Below are positions 47,901 to 56,205 of a stretch of DNA of 64,000 nucleotides, piece by piece. Source of the DNA: Leptonemataceae bacterium (GTDB lineage Bacteria; Spirochaetota; Leptospiria; Leptospirales; Leptonemataceae); contig OZ245742.1 of assembly GCA_965227295.1 (NCBI GenBank), forward strand, positions 5,056,001-5,120,000, given 5' to 3'. Every line of letters begins with the position of its first letter. Position 1 is the stretch's first letter. Position numbers and translations under genes: made by a program. The notes beneath the pieces were generated by a model, which had not been told where the DNA came from, searched no databases, and saw only the letters and a list, made by a program, of their open reading frames with translations.

Positions 47901-49828
47901 GCCTTCGCGCTGGCACGTTGTTGATCCGCTTCGGCCTGCCAGGCCGCGTAGTCCGCCTGAAACGTGGCGACCTGGGCCTCCCAGTTTTGAATCGCGGGAA
48001 GGATGTCGTCGCGCCAGTGGGCCACGACGGGATCCAAATCATTAACATAACCCTGCCAGATGTTAGCGTTGTGCCGGGCGTTCGCATCCTCCCAGGTGTA
48101 GTTCACCATGGTATAGTAGGTGATCGAGGGTAAATGATACGTGTAAGTCCAGTTGGTTGAGACCACGTTCCCGGGACTACCGACGCAACGGCCTATCGAA
48201 CGCGGATTCGTGCTGATTGTACCGTCGCACCAGCTCTGGCTGCCGTTCCTGGATATGATGACCCGGAAGGTATTGTCCCCGGCCTGGCCCAGGTGGGGAT
48301 GAACGGGGCCGGAATTGTACACGGCGTCCCCGCCCCCCACTGCGCCGGAGTAGCGCTGACCGCAGGAAACACCGCCCGCGTTCGTCGCCGGTCCGGAAGT
48401 ACAATTGCCGCGAGACTCCCAGGGAACCGACAGCGTACTGTGAGTCACCTCGACGTACGAATTGTACAGCTCCGCAAACTGCACGGACACGATGTCGTGC
48501 TGAGGATTGCCGAGCGCGGCCTGGTAAGCGTCGGCGTAACTCATCACCGCGGTGGAATTGCCGCTACGGTGCGCCAGGATCGCGGCGACATGTGGCTGTG
48601 CTTTAATCGCCGCGATGGCCGCGTTCGTATGGGCTTCCATCTGGCTGACGTACGAAAAACCAGGCGAGATATACGTGTTCGCCGGATCTTCCATATAGTT
48701 CAGCGTATCCTGATAACTATATGGATTGACCGGCAGCGTTCCCATAAGCGAGGCGTAGTTCAGTCCGATCGACCAGGTATTCGTCCCCGTGCTCTGGGCC
48801 AGCCAGTTGTTGTACTCCGTCTGCGCAAACGTGCGCTGCGCATCCAGCGCGGTGTACATCGTGTTCGCAAGTACGGACAGCGGTTGATCATTCGCCAGAC
48901 CGTCGTTCAAATCATCGATGAGGGTCTGCATCGTGGACGCCGCCGCGGTGGGACTGCCGTAATCAATGGAGCAGTTGTTTTCGCTATCGCAGTTCCAATC
49001 GTAAAACACACCCGACGTGTTCAGATAGTTTTGCATGAACGCCGTCGCCGTGCTGATGCCCTGGCGCACGGTTTCTTCGTAGGCGTCGATGCGTGCCTGG
49101 GTCGCAAGGAACTCGGCTTCTTTTTCCGCCAGCGCGCCGTTCGCCGTATCGTACTGCGCCTGGAGTTTGGCCAGGGCCGTTTGAAATTGGTAGAGGCCGT
49201 CCGCGAAATTTTTCTGAAAGTCCCGTTCCCACTCCTGGTAGTCACGTTCGATGTCTTCGGTGGTCGACTCTTCCTGAGCCGCCTCCGCGCGACCGGCCGA
49301 CACGCTGTCGTCGGATTCCTCGGCCGCCGCGCGTTCTTTCTCCTCCGCAAGTTCCGAGAGAAAGGCCACACGCTGTTGATCGATTTCCAGATTCGCCGCG
49401 GATTCCCAGGCCGCGAACTGCGACTGCTTCTGCAACAGCAACTCGCCCCTTAAGTACTCCCGATATTCAGCTACGGTATTGAAGTGATCGGACTGAGCAA
49501 CGGCATTCACGTAACCTTCGATTTCGGCGTCGATGCTCGTTTCCCAGGTGGCCGCGAGCACGTACTTGCCCTGCTCAACGATGTACTCCCAGTCCGCCTG
49601 GGAGCGCGAGGACTCCGCGTAATTGAAGTAGGGATCAAGATCCCCGGAGCCGTAGGTGGGCGTGCTGCCCAGCGCCGGCACCGGAACGGGCTGGGCCTGA
49701 AGCGAGACATAAGGCTGCGTGAATAGAAAGAGGGACGTGAGGACCAAAGCCGCGCTCACCAGGCGCGTCGGCAGACTGTATCGCCTCCGCGATCGAGCTC
49801 GATGGTAAACGGCGTACGATTCGTGCAT
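41948..49828 (-). CDS. Giant secreted polymorphic toxin 4 (TIGR04388-like, subfamily B) with 23-aa repeats, Hint domain and minimal kinase-like tip
   Basis: Signal peptide LQA-QPV; parallels protein 3; Hint CLPSGTPV...WLVHN; tip GAKGDEKQIY...GVLMRKL...GDPQIMVDVKTGSVTLIDP. Confidence 0.85.
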   Translation of the reverse strand: MHESYAVYHRARSRRRYSLPTRLVSAALVLTSLFLFTQPYVSLQAQPVPVPALGSTPTYGSGDLDPYFNYAESSRSQADWEYIVEQGKYVLAATWETSIDAEIEGYVNAVAQSDHFNTVAEYREYLRGELLLQKQSQFAAWESAANLEIDQQRVAFLSELAEEKERAAAEESDDSVSAGRAEAAQEESTTEDIERDYQEWERDFQKNFADGLYQFQTALAKLQAQYDTANGALAEKEAEFLATQARIDAYEETVRQGISTATAFMQNYLNTSGVFYDWNCDSENNCSIDYGSPTAAASTMQTLIDDLNDGLANDQPLSVLANTMYTALDAQRTFAQTEYNNWLAQSTGTNTWSIGLNYASLMGTLPVNPYSYQDTLNYMEDPANTYISPGFSYVSQMEAHTNAAIAAIKAQPHVAAILAHRSGNSTAVMSYADAYQAALGNPQHDIVSVQFAELYNSYVEVTHSTLSVPWESRGNCTSGPATNAGGVSCGQRYSGAVGGGDAVYNSGPVHPHLGQAGDNTFRVIISRNGSQSWCDGTISTNPRSIGRCVGSPGNVVSTNWTYTYHLPSITYYTMVNYTWEDANARHNANIWQGYVNDLDPVVAHWRDDILPAIQNWEAQVATFQADYAAWQAEADQQRASAKAAYEAAVGQIVGERNRWYAGMLTEYRNGRNQWRAVVAGKAAAPAPLDENATKRALAVVAAAGDVFERSVAGTDALLERGGNAPDFSLLNGVAQSFNQSARGVAQLTLASELNRRIHEQREQATNRIAAVAQGQDISGIGVEGFETTINADGSISATRQIHSGRAVHNRGSGLSADDYDAEFTEQALNIAPPPPVKMVDTGNVFEQWDRSAVIDEYQDNVAENQELLEAKFKGVQSILQAANQTAVDNFQNFQNDIQAQIKRKKKKKGFMSQLQSIATAMFSGGISLQQAVTNHMQNQVAAHVAEVTGFPAGIFTSMMGGMSAQDAVRDYVETETDNLIAQAIVDATGLPAGFVSGLVSGGGVDFSGENMTAAFQAYTDELVAEKLEEATGIPGLAGFLKRTTIADKNKKKAAQEAAQPKPEDVATLGTTYVWRNADHNPALGTAVQAGEKVAGAAAVGSGWGSAAFAGYMAAKGAYKGYLAGEDTDTILKQAAASGVGAYANLFAQQVGGSVSLTYDPENGFGGSIGGALPLGDTGFTVGGSLSFQEGQGVTGGSLTVGYGEDGLGLTAGLNFDRTGVTGGRLDGGYSNDDGFSAAGAMEFDRSGFTGAAVVAGYEDFDDAGNGLGATGGLYFDASGNLEAATLQASLVDDENTLSGGVLYDPATGFSASVDWDGEDGFADLAYNPSTGLTASGGYSNGDLDGGFALGPDGWTGFLAGNIDDVDVNAGSDENGNVTGGVTGSIDDLDLNLGIDENGNVTGGVAGTIGDVDVNADVDGDGNVTGGVAGNLNGTDVNAGVDENGNVTGNVSGNINGTDVNAGVDENGNVTGGVSGNINGTDVNAGVDENGNVTGGVSGNINGTDVNAGVDENGNVTGGVAGNINGTDVNAGVDEDGNVTGGVAGNINGTDVNAGVDENGNVTGGVSGNINGTDVNAGVDENGNVTGGVAGNINGTDVNAGVDENGNVTGGVTTHIDGVGLTTGIGPDGTISGGVSGSIDGTDVSVSGDSNGNVSTSISGEDPDGNAIDVNAGVDSNGNVSGGVSGNIDGVNVNAGVDGNGTVSGDVSGNIDGVNVNAGADSNGNASIGTSGSVNGFDLSGGYDTENGFGAGLSGHGITAGLDEDGFTYDINEEELLASIAEEIGDLTGIELDPALLNSVMGEQDTLSLLTGNLDSARSRDMGGTASIWDPPGVASGWDRTSEKRVTFPIADPAYVNRDGSFTEAMYNVVFDGELSNVEKQIPWEKTGSALNSDNRKVYAEGDYIVCENIKPIDLGGGDTGGMLKLTKEEFVGYWMANSPVGQQFVSEQAKLTGDSRSERKAAIDKCINLTGESQVQCLDGIPDPELNLNGGSAKALEEGLDAGKRDYNDAVYNRALNALRVELSGRPSSQSPESILKVVPGKPTKWVTANGEAKTPDEWVSEWLTEYESGKEYRDAQEKRAQAALMRRKAAKEIIKQRYAAELEAAMKKEQPGLEHTNDEDREQGLLDQYLDTAREIALGLINEAGDKLSNVKEAAVALVTGDFHIEEFFKFAEAISEAGGDPAMGTVASFVPGLGRFIAAADLIVAVRKPDYLGIALAGFDLASGTKVGDMIGKQSKKALDKLVAGASRKSKDKLDKIGLAACSVCTKCLPSGTPVLTPDGRVNIEDLAIGDSVLAFDTATGKATERKVTQLFRDITIVWYDIRVGQDSITATDNHPFWIEERGEWVAAKDLKVGDRLRPVDGELAAITSIETRQLKRSEPIFNIEVEGDHNYFAGDAAWLVHNDNDADDCLACGLKSYLRRFQKTWDKLETHDIKREARNGAKGDEKQIYDLFDRKTGKPINDVVLARPLDPRNPDALRGMVRRLKELQNLKAARGAKVDIVDASEVRRMENIGRGEEGYGVLMRKLKGHNCKTDFSKIKKEAPDAPPAMRDKTRKKLKELHKFLRGDPDNGIPPISVGDPQIMVDVKTGSVTLIDPSTVDEGVKNSDALEQIQRLINAIPSSK
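42614..43021 (-). other. Polymorphic-toxin-type Hint domain in toxin 4
   Basis: CLPSGTPVLTPDG, ATDNHPFW, IFNIEVEGDHNYF...LVHN followed by Asp. Confidence 0.9.
44640..45755 (-). repeat. 69-bp (23-aa) coding tandem repeat GNINGTDVNAGVDENGNVTGGV(S/A), about 16 units of which 8 are near-identical
   Basis: gttgccgttctcgtc recurs at 45011 and 45080 (period 69); visible in the translation. Confidence 0.95.
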
Positions 49829-49987
49829 GGCTTTGCTCCCATGCGAACAAGCTGCGTTGGCGATTGTTTGTAAAGGCCGTTTCTCTAAACAATACTTTGC
49901 AAACTGTTAATAAGACCTATAATACGGGCAGTTTCGGCCCGATTCCGACGAAAATCATCAATTTTATGTAACAATCCTGGCTCCGCC

Positions 49988-52900
49988 TCAGCGTAATTTT
50001 CCCATGCGCCGGCGTATCCATTGAAACATCTCCATCGACCAGGCCTGAATCATCCGCAGCCGCAACAGCTCCGACACCGGAATGCGCGCCGTCACGGCCA
50101 CGAGCAGCGGCGTCGCCAGCGTCGATGCCGCGAGACCGGCGATCACTGAAATGGAAATGCCGCGTAGAAACTCGCCGCCGTCGCCGGTGACCACGGTGAA
50201 CGGCAAATAAAACACCGCCGTGGCGCAGGCCGCGAGAAAGAGCTTCGCCATGGCCCGGCGGTCCTGCTGCATGGCGGCGAGCTCCGGCGTGCGCAATAAC
50301 ATCGCCTGAAGCGCCACCCAGGCGGCCAGAATCAAAAAGCCGATCAGGATCGTAATCGAAAGCGGAATGCGAAAGATAAACAACGCCGTGGCCGCCGCGA
50401 TGATCGGCAACGGCAACGGCACGAGCAACAGGAACGGCCGACGTAGCGACTCGAAGTAGGCGGCAAGAATCATGTACACGAGCAAAACCGAGAGCGCGAT
50501 GACCCGGTAAAAACGCTGACGGCTTTCCAGGGCAATGCGCAGCTCGCGTCCGAATTCAATGCGGTAGTTCGCCGGCAACTCCGCGGCCTGGAGTTCGTCC
50601 AGACGCGGGGTGAGCGTTTCGTAACCGGCATCGCCGAGTTGCAGGGAAAACGAGTAGGTACGTTTTTTATTTTTGCGATAGATCTTTACCGGCACCGTGC
50701 CCTCTTCCTGGCGGACGAGTTCCAGCATGGGTACAAACCTGCCCTCACCGGCTTTTAAGAAATAGTCCGCCAGTTGCTCCAGGCTGCGGCGAAACTTCTC
50801 GTCGTAGCGAATGCGCACGTCGATCTCGCGGTTCTCTTCGATAAACTTCGTCGCCACGCCGCCCTGAATGGCGAAGCGTACGTTCTGGCCGAAGTCCGCG
50901 GCGGTGAGGCCCACGCGCTGCGCCTTCACGCGATCGATCCACAGGCGCAGCTCCGGCCGCGGAGACTTGTACCGCAACACGACCTCGTTCACGCCCTCGT
51001 AGGTCTTCGCAAGATTCGCCATGTTCTTCGTGAGTTTGTCGAGGGTCTCCAGGTCTTCACCGAGGACGTGAATCGTGATCTCCCGCAGGGCGCCGGCGTC
51101 GGCTTCCGTGCTGAAGAAAACAAAGGCCGGCTCGTTGTTGCCCGCGGCCTCTTTCAACGTTTCAATGTAAGCCGGCGAAGCGTCCTGTCCGTCCTCTAAG
51201 GTAAGCCGCAGAGTGCTGCGCCCCGCCTCCACGCGGCTGCTGATCTCTTTCACCCCTTCCACTTTCAGAAGTTTCTCTTCGACCTTCTTCGAAGTTCCGT
51301 TTGTCGGACCGAAGGCGGTGCCCGAGGGAAACTCGATGAACGAATTCACGCGATTTTTTTCGAAAGAACTGCCCAGCTGTTGTTTCGAAAACGAAAAGAC
51401 CACGGCGCCCAGAACGAGAATCACGAAGTACGCCGCCACGCCGCGCCAGCCGGTGCGTTGCAAAGCGATGAACCAACCACGAATGCGATTCGGATACGCG
51501 CGATAGGCCGCGCCGTCGAAGCGTTGTTTCCACTTCCAGAGGCTCCGACGCAACGTATCCGCGCCCTTGCGAAACGGCGCGAACTGGTAACGCCGAAACT
51601 CGCGGCGACCGAGCAACACCGGCACGATCGTAAAACACAGCAGCAACGTCACCGCGGCGGGCACCGCCACGGCCACGGCAAAACCGCCGTAGAGAATCTT
51701 CAGCTCTTCGCCGGAAAACAACACCGGCACGAAGATCGCTCCCAGCACGAGCACGCCGGCGATCAGCTCCTGGCCCACCCGTTCCCCGGCCGCGGTGGGA
51801 CCGAAGCGGCGAATCGCCAGCACCGTCACGGTCAACAGCGTCAACGATACGCCGGCGCTCAGGATAAATCCCGAGATGGTCATTAAGTTGTACTCGAATC
51901 CGACTAAGAAAATCGCGAACGAGGAGATCAAAAACGAGACCGGCAGCGCCCCGAGCACCACGAGCGAAATACGCAACGAAAAGAAGGCGAAGTACAACAG
52001 CAACGCGGCGAAAAGCAGCCCCACCGCCCCGGCTATCAAGAGATTGCCCACGGCCGAACGAATCGTATCGGCCTGATCGTAGATCATCCGAAAGTCCACG
52101 TCGTCGCGGTGCACTTCTTGCATCGCCCGGCGCAGCTCGTCCGAGAGCACGAGCAGGTTCGCCTCGGAACCCTTATGCACGTAAATGCTGATGCGTTCCT
52201 CGCCGTTCCAGCGGGACGCCGTGTCCTGATCGCGGTAGGAGTACTTTACCTCGGCGACGTCGCGCAGCAGGATGGGACGGTTGTCCTCGGTGGTTTCCAG
52301 AATGAGATTGCGGATTTCTTCCAGGCTTTGAAAGCGCCCGCGACCGTAGACCGAGTAGCGCCCGCCGTTCGTATGCATGCGACCGAGGGCGACGTCGAAG
52401 TTGTTCGATTGCAGATCGCGCAGGATCTCCTGCATGGAAATGCCGCGGCTCTGCAACAAACCGGCATCACAGGATACCAGGACTTCGCGCACCTGACCGC
52501 CGGCGACGATGATCTCACTCACCCCGTCCACGCGCTCGAAGGCTTTTTTCACGCGGCGGTCCGCGAACTCGCGCTGCTGAAATAGATCCAGGGCCTCGCT
52601 TTCGAGGGCGACAATGAACACCGGACGTTTTTCCGGATCGTAGCGCAGTACCGTGGGCGGTTGCACCTCGCGCGGGAACGTCGCCGCCACCGGATCGATG
52701 CGTTCTCTAACTTCCAGTGCCTTGCGGTTAACATCCAGGCCCCGCGTGAACTCGATGTCGATGCGGGCCTTGCCTTCTTCGGAGACGGAGCGCAGTTCTT
52801 CGATGCCGCCCACCGACGACACCGCCTCTTCCATGGGGATCGTAATCTGCTCTTCGATCTTCTCCGGGCCCACGCCGCCGTAGTTGACCTCGACGGTGAG

Positions 52901-53035
52901 TCCCGGGAAGGCCGTGGACGGCATGAGCCCCACCGGCACCGAAAAAAAAGCCACGAAGCCCAGCAAAGCCGGACCGCTGACGAACATGATCGTCGTGATG
53001 GGATGCGCGAGACAGAAACGGCTGAGGGCGTTCAC
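49988..53035 (-). CDS. RND transporter subunit (AcrB-like), degenerate transmembrane motifs
   Basis: IEEQITIPMEEAV, ERVDGVSEI...GGQVREV, YDQADTI, LLVYMILAAYFES; TM4 and TM10 lack the usual charged residues. Confidence 0.85.
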   Translation of the reverse strand: MNALSRFCLAHPITTIMFVSGPALLGFVAFFSVPVGLMPSTAFPGLTVEVNYGGVGPEKIEEQITIPMEEAVSSVGGIEELRSVSEEGKARIDIEFTRGLDVNRKALEVRERIDPVAATFPREVQPPTVLRYDPEKRPVFIVALESEALDLFQQREFADRRVKKAFERVDGVSEIIVAGGQVREVLVSCDAGLLQSRGISMQEILRDLQSNNFDVALGRMHTNGGRYSVYGRGRFQSLEEIRNLILETTEDNRPILLRDVAEVKYSYRDQDTASRWNGEERISIYVHKGSEANLLVLSDELRRAMQEVHRDDVDFRMIYDQADTIRSAVGNLLIAGAVGLLFAALLLYFAFFSLRISLVVLGALPVSFLISSFAIFLVGFEYNLMTISGFILSAGVSLTLLTVTVLAIRRFGPTAAGERVGQELIAGVLVLGAIFVPVLFSGEELKILYGGFAVAVAVPAAVTLLLCFTIVPVLLGRREFRRYQFAPFRKGADTLRRSLWKWKQRFDGAAYRAYPNRIRGWFIALQRTGWRGVAAYFVILVLGAVVFSFSKQQLGSSFEKNRVNSFIEFPSGTAFGPTNGTSKKVEEKLLKVEGVKEISSRVEAGRSTLRLTLEDGQDASPAYIETLKEAAGNNEPAFVFFSTEADAGALREITIHVLGEDLETLDKLTKNMANLAKTYEGVNEVVLRYKSPRPELRLWIDRVKAQRVGLTAADFGQNVRFAIQGGVATKFIEENREIDVRIRYDEKFRRSLEQLADYFLKAGEGRFVPMLELVRQEEGTVPVKIYRKNKKRTYSFSLQLGDAGYETLTPRLDELQAAELPANYRIEFGRELRIALESRQRFYRVIALSVLLVYMILAAYFESLRRPFLLLVPLPLPIIAAATALFIFRIPLSITILIGFLILAAWVALQAMLLRTPELAAMQQDRRAMAKLFLAACATAVFYLPFTVVTGDGGEFLRGISISVIAGLAASTLATPLLVAVTARIPVSELLRLRMIQAWSMEMFQWIRRRMGKLR

Positions 53036-56000
53036 AGCGCCTCCGCTTCCACTTCCGGAACACCGCCGGTCGTCGTGGCGAAGGGCCGTTGTTTCGGCGC
53101 GCTTCCGAAGGTCGGCCCGGAACGACTGCGCATTACGTAATAAAAGACCGTGGGAATCACGAAGAGCGAGAGAAAGACCGAAGCAATGAGTCCGGAGATG
53201 ACCGCGATGGCCATGGGCGCCTGGAATTCGGTACCCTCGCCCAGTTGTAAGGCCACGGGTAGCAAACCCAGGAGCGTCGTGGAGTTGTTCATGATCACCG
53301 GACGCAGGACGATCTTGCCGCTTTCCTGAATGGCCTCGCGCAGTTCTTTGCCTTCCTCGCGCAGGATGTGCACGTACTCGTAAAAGAGGGCGGCGTTATC
53401 GACGACGATGCCGATCAAGAGAATGACGCCGGTGAAAGAGCTTACGTTCAGACTACTGGAAGTTAAGTACAGGGCCGGAAACACCCCGATCACAATCAGC
53501 GGTATCGCCAGCAACATGTAGACGGGATACCGAATGGATTCGAACTGAGCGGCGAGGATCATGTACACGAGGACCGCCGCGAGCAAAAATGCGAAGACCA
53601 GTTCCTGGAAGGCCCGGCCCAGGTTTTCGCGCTCACCGCCGAAACTCACGCTGTAGCCTTCCGGCAGACGCAGCCCGTCCACGTAGTCGGCGATGCTGCC
53701 GTAAACGGCGTTGCGATCCGCGCCCTCGGCGAGGTCCGCCGTGATTCTGTTGATGCGCGTGGGGCCGTTACGCAGGATCGAGGTATAGCCCTCTTCGTTT
53801 TTTACTTTGATGATTTGCGAGATGGGTACGTTCTCCCCCACCTCGGACTTCACGCGCAGTTCGCCGAGCCCCTCCAATGAGTTCCGATCCTCCTCGCGCA
53901 GTTGCACGCGAATGTCGATCTCCTCGTCGCCCACACGCAGCCGGGTCACCACGCTCCCGTCGATGGCGGTCCGCAAATAGCGCGACAGGTATTCCCGGCT
54001 CATGTTCGCCACGGCTAATCGCAGATCATCGTATCTTACGTGATATTCCCGGGAGCGGTCCTGCATCGAAGACTGCACGTCCACCACACCTTCGATTTCG
54101 CCCAGGTGCTCGCGCACGCGGCCGCCCACTTCCGTGAGCATGGTGAGATCGTCTCCGGCGACCTCGAGCATCACGGCCTTCGCATCCGGCGAAAGAATCT
54201 CCGAAAGCACGTCGCCGCTCACACCGAAGCTCACCTCAACGTCGTCGCGCAGCTTCATCCCGCGGCGGATTTCGTCCGCCACTTCCCGGGCCGTGCCCGA
54301 ACGATTGCGTCGCAACACCACCCGGACCTGCGCACGGTGCGTGCCCACGTCGCCGCCGCGCCGCGAAAGCAGTTGGTCCGGATCGTAACCGGCGAAGGTG
54401 ATGGCGTGTTCCACGTCCGGATGTTCGCGCAGCGCCGCCTCGACCTCTTCGGCCAGGGAGCGCGTAGATTCCAGGGACGCGCCGCGCACGTTTTCGACTT
54501 CCACGCTGAATTCACCGGTGTCCACCCGCGGCAGAAACTCTCGTTGCACGAACGGAAAGATCAACCAGGCCACGGTCAACAACGCGAGCACGGTAAAAAT
54601 GAAACCCCGCGGATTATCCAGGATGCCCGCAAGGCGTCGTTCGTACCTGCGTTCCAGTCGATCTTCAAAGGCTGCGGCCGTGCGGACCACCGGATACTTC
54701 GAAAGATCCTTCTGAAAAAACGCCGGCCAGCGTAGAGACGAAAGCATAGGGATCAACGTCAGCGAAACGGCGAGGCTTACTAAGAGTGAATAGGTGATGG
54801 TTAAGGCCATCTCGGCGAAGACCACGCCGACGACGCTCTGCAAAAACACGATGGGCAAAAACACCGTCACCGTCGTAAAGACCGCCGCCGAAATCGAGCC
54901 GCTCACGTCCCCGGCGCCGCGCAGGGCGGCCTCTTTGCGTGCGAGGCCCTCACGACTGTAACGTTCGATCGAGGACAGCACCACGTTGCCGGCGTCGAAC
55001 AACATGCCGATGCCGAGGGCCATGCCGCCGAGGGACATGAGGTTCAGCGAGATGCCCTGGGTGTACATCAACAGAAAGGTTGCAAGCACCGAAATGGGCA
55101 ACACGGTTAAGAGAATGACGGGGCTCCGCAGGTTGCGTAAAATCAAAACGAGAATCAAAAACGCGAGCAACCCGCCGATGATCAGCGCCTGAGCGATGTT
55201 CCAGATGGACTGACGCACGAAACGCGACTCGTCGTAGACGACGGCCAGGTCCACCTCGTCGCCGAAGGTTTCGCGCACCACCTCGATCTCTTTGCGCGCG
55301 TCCGCCGCCACCTGCACGGTGTTCTTGCCGGCTTCTTTGCGCAGCGAAACGACGACGCACTCCCGGCCGTTATAGAGGGCCAGGCCGGTACGTTCTTCGT
55401 AACCGTCCCGCACGTCGGCCAGGTCGCCCAGACGCACCGGCACCCCCTGCTCGTTTTTGCCGACGACGGCCTGGCGAATGTCGTCGATATTCTGAAACTC
55501 GCCTAAGGTTCGAATGAGAACATCTTTGTCGCCGACGGTGATCGAGCCGGCGGGACTGTTCAGGTTCGAGGCCGCCATGGCGCCGCCGATCTCGTTCAGC
55601 GAGAGGCCGTAGCCGTTCATGAGCGGGGCGTCCACCTCCACCTGGATCTCTTTTTTGTAGCCGCCGGAAAACTCCACCTGGGCCACCCCGTCCACGCGGT
55701 CCAGATAGACCTTCACCTCGCTTTCGAGAAAATGACGCAGGTCTTTATCGTTGGGCAGGGAGTTCGCGAAGAAGACCACTTCCATGAACGGATCGGCGGA
55801 AGGGTCGAAGCGGCTGATGATGGACCGACCGGCGTCCTCGGGAAGCACGCCCCGGACCAGGTCTAACTTCTCTCGAACTTCCATTACGGCGAAATCCACG
55901 TTGGTGCCCCAACTGAATTGCAACGTAACGAACGAAACGCCTTCTAAGGATTCGCTGGTAACCTTATCCAGGCCGCCCACGGAGCTGGCGGCCTCGGCCA

Positions 56001-56202
56001 GGGGTTTCGTCACCAGGTTTTCGATTTCTTCCGGGGCCGCGTTTTCGTAAGCGGTGACGACGGTAATGCGCGGCAACTCCAGGTTCGGCAGGAGGTTCAC
56101 TTCCAGATCCGAAAGCGCGAGCACGCCCAGGAGGACGACGCCCAGATAGAACATGGCGGTGGCGACCGGGCGGCCGATGGCGAGACGCTGAAGACTGCGC
56201 AT
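53032..56202 (-). CDS. RND transporter permease subunit (AcrB/SwrC-like)
   Basis: RPVAT, APEEIENLVTKPL, LNLMSLGG, LVYMILAAQFES, LRPVIM, APMAIAVISGL. Confidence 0.92.
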   Translation of the reverse strand: MRSLQRLAIGRPVATAMFYLGVVLLGVLALSDLEVNLLPNLELPRITVVTAYENAAPEEIENLVTKPLAEAASSVGGLDKVTSESLEGVSFVTLQFSWGTNVDFAVMEVREKLDLVRGVLPEDAGRSIISRFDPSADPFMEVVFFANSLPNDKDLRHFLESEVKVYLDRVDGVAQVEFSGGYKKEIQVEVDAPLMNGYGLSLNEIGGAMAASNLNSPAGSITVGDKDVLIRTLGEFQNIDDIRQAVVGKNEQGVPVRLGDLADVRDGYEERTGLALYNGRECVVVSLRKEAGKNTVQVAADARKEIEVVRETFGDEVDLAVVYDESRFVRQSIWNIAQALIIGGLLAFLILVLILRNLRSPVILLTVLPISVLATFLLMYTQGISLNLMSLGGMALGIGMLFDAGNVVLSSIERYSREGLARKEAALRGAGDVSGSISAAVFTTVTVFLPIVFLQSVVGVVFAEMALTITYSLLVSLAVSLTLIPMLSSLRWPAFFQKDLSKYPVVRTAAAFEDRLERRYERRLAGILDNPRGFIFTVLALLTVAWLIFPFVQREFLPRVDTGEFSVEVENVRGASLESTRSLAEEVEAALREHPDVEHAITFAGYDPDQLLSRRGGDVGTHRAQVRVVLRRNRSGTAREVADEIRRGMKLRDDVEVSFGVSGDVLSEILSPDAKAVMLEVAGDDLTMLTEVGGRVREHLGEIEGVVDVQSSMQDRSREYHVRYDDLRLAVANMSREYLSRYLRTAIDGSVVTRLRVGDEEIDIRVQLREEDRNSLEGLGELRVKSEVGENVPISQIIKVKNEEGYTSILRNGPTRINRITADLAEGADRNAVYGSIADYVDGLRLPEGYSVSFGGERENLGRAFQELVFAFLLAAVLVYMILAAQFESIRYPVYMLLAIPLIVIGVFPALYLTSSSLNVSSFTGVILLIGIVVDNAALFYEYVHILREEGKELREAIQESGKIVLRPVIMNNSTTLLGLLPVALQLGEGTEFQAPMAIAVISGLIASVFLSLFVIPTVFYYVMRSRSGPTFGSAPKQRPFATTTGGVPEVEAEAL

Positions 56203-56205
56203 CGA

